From Bacteroidia bacterium (lineage in GTDB: Bacteria; Bacteroidota; Bacteroidia; Cytophagales; Cyclobacteriaceae): 64,000 bases of DNA. This document shows positions 62,969 through 64,000 of the stretch, one piece after another (within the stretch, counting starts at the first letter, position 1; each line of letters opens with the position of its first letter). Made by a program: the position numbers and the translations under genes. The notes under the pieces were generated by a model that ran no database searches, was not told where the DNA came from, and saw only the letters and a list, made by a program, of their open reading frames with translations. Where the stretch lies: NCBI GenBank assembly GCA_030430675.1, contig JAUIKU010000001.1, forward strand, positions 4,152 through 68,151, in the 5' to 3' direction.

Positions 62969-63463
62969 TTGGTGGTTGATGAAAAAAAATTTACAGAGTT
63001 GCTCTATGAGAACCAGGGTATAGTTCATAAAATATGCAATTTATACTTTATGGACAGGCCTGAAAAAGAGGACTATCATCAAGAGCTTATTATTCAACTT
63101 TGGAAGGCTTTTCCCAGCTTTAATAACTCTTCCAAATTTTCTACCTGGATGTATCGTGTTTGCATTAACGCAGCTATCGATATTATCAGGAAGGAAAGCA
63201 GACGGTTAAAGCAGGTGAGATTATCTGAGATCAATACCCAAAATATACCTGTCAGCACTGATATGATCTGTTCCGATCAGGAAAAACTGTATCAGGCCAT
63301 AAGCAGATTATCAGATGTTGAAAAGGCTATTATTACTTTATATCTGGATGAATACAGTTATAAGGAAATATCCGAGATAATAGGTATTTCAGAAACGTAT
63401 ACCGGTGTTAAAATAAATCGTATCAAGTCGAAACTTATAAAATCATTTGATAATGGAGATTAA
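62969..63463 (+). CDS. ECF-type sigma-70 family factor (start uncertain; TTG 62969 or GTG 62972; track starts at TTG 62861)
   Basis: Region 2-like (…YHQELIIQLWKAF…FSTWMYRVCINAAIDIIRKE) and region 4-like (…EKAIITLYLDEYSYKEISEIIGISETYTGVKINRIKSKL) segments are present. Confidence 0.75.
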   Translation: MVVDEKKFTELLYENQGIVHKICNLYFMDRPEKEDYHQELIIQLWKAFPSFNNSSKFSTWMYRVCINAAIDIIRKESRRLKQVRLSEINTQNIPVSTDMICSDQEKLYQAISRLSDVEKAIITLYLDEYSYKEISEIIGISETYTGVKINRIKSKLIKSFDNGD

Positions 63464-64000
63464 TGAATTAAAGAAGATCTGGAACACGCTGGCCCATGAA
63501 AAGCTGATAGATCGGAGTCTGGCCAGAGAAAACATTTTGGAAATCATTACCCAAAAAGGCAATGGAGTGATAAATAAATTACAGCGTAAGCACCGTCGTG
63601 ATTTTAATGGATACTTAGGCGTAGTGATCCTGATACCATTCGGTATCCTATTCCTCTTATACCGTGATAGTCAGGGATTAATTCCCCCCAACAGCTCACT
63701 TCTTGGTGGACCTTATCTCATCCCATGTCTTATTGAAGCATTTATGATTTATTGCCTGATGAGCATACGAAACAACTTGAATTTTTTGAAGATTACCTAT
63801 AACACGGACTCATTAAAGGAATCATTGGTTAATGTGAAGTCCTACTTTAAAAGGATAACTGGAAAGGGTTTCTGGATAGGCACAATTTCCCTGATGGCTA
63901 TTCTGGCATTTATTGAAGTGGACACATTAGTTAAAATTGGCGGGGTTAAGAACATTAATATTTTTACCGGCCCCTACTTATACGAATCTTATTTTTCAAT
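63453..64000 (+). CDS. Membrane protein downstream of the ECF sigma (putative anti-sigma partner), 3' partial
   Basis: The ATG at 63453 overlaps the sigma stop. By hand translation the frame stays open to the window end (MEINELKKIWNTLAHEKLIDRSL…). Hydrophobic segments follow. Confidence 0.5.
   Translation, partial: MEINELKKIWNTLAHEKLIDRSLARENILEIITQKGNGVINKLQRKHRRDFNGYLGVVILIPFGILFLLYRDSQGLIPPNSSLLGGPYLIPCLIEAFMIYCLMSIRNNLNFLKITYNTDSLKESLVNVKSYFKRITGKGFWIGTISLMAILAFIEVDTLVKIGGVKNINIFTGPYLYESYFS

Overview
The window comes from a Bacteroidota-type chromosome. This is an inference from lipobox and Sec-signal style, a TAnnTTTG -7 box, and the sulfatase/ECF/CHAT/Omp85 gene content.

Prophage (bases 1 to about 25300): this is the late half of an integrated HK97-like, siphovirus-type prophage, almost entirely on the + strand. 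Gene order is portal, head morphogenesis, prohead protease, major capsid, connectors, major tail protein, G/GT chaperones, tape measure, tail fibre/spike/glycanase genes, lysis cassette and accessory genes. The chaperone pair carries an in-frame A_AAA_AAC -1 slippery site. The prophage abuts the 3' side of tRNA-Gln(UUG). Terminase, replication genes and integrase are outside the window.

Host DNA (about 25.3-64 kb), in order:
- purL, a membrane class III cyclase, hsp20 and a lipoprotein
- an operon of a Tat-signal enolase-superfamily enzyme, an SMP-30 lactonase and a sulfatase
- a soluble cyclase, then an ECF sigma/anti-sigma pair next to a secreted TPR-CHAT protease
- an AI-2E transporter, then a block of Omp85-like protein, beta-barrel protein, PAS histidine kinase, sigma-54 activator and receiver
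- an EEP-family membrane protein
- a stress/ion-homeostasis cluster (PRC-barrel, Dps, MscS, SLC12-like permease, NhaA, Usp, YtxH, DUF1328)
- acnA, tRNA-Leu(CAA), two tandem paralogous secreted proteins, a permease gene remnant and a second ECF sigma

Most interesting observations:
1. A hand-found, translationally coupled five-gene antisense micro-operon sits inside the phage head module. It is led by a ribbon-helix-helix-like gene, and a 4 x YGACCR array phased at exactly 11 bp lies in its promoter region.
2. Three consecutive signal-peptide or lipobox proteins, including a 1298-aa multidomain putative polysaccharide lyase, lie between the tailspike and the lysis genes.
3. A post-lysin accessory block (metallophosphoesterase plus small membrane proteins) sits at the prophage end.
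4. The ECF/anti-sigma/TPR-CHAT neighbourhood contains a perfect 20-bp palindrome.

All family assignments rest on motif recognition by eye. No database search was run.
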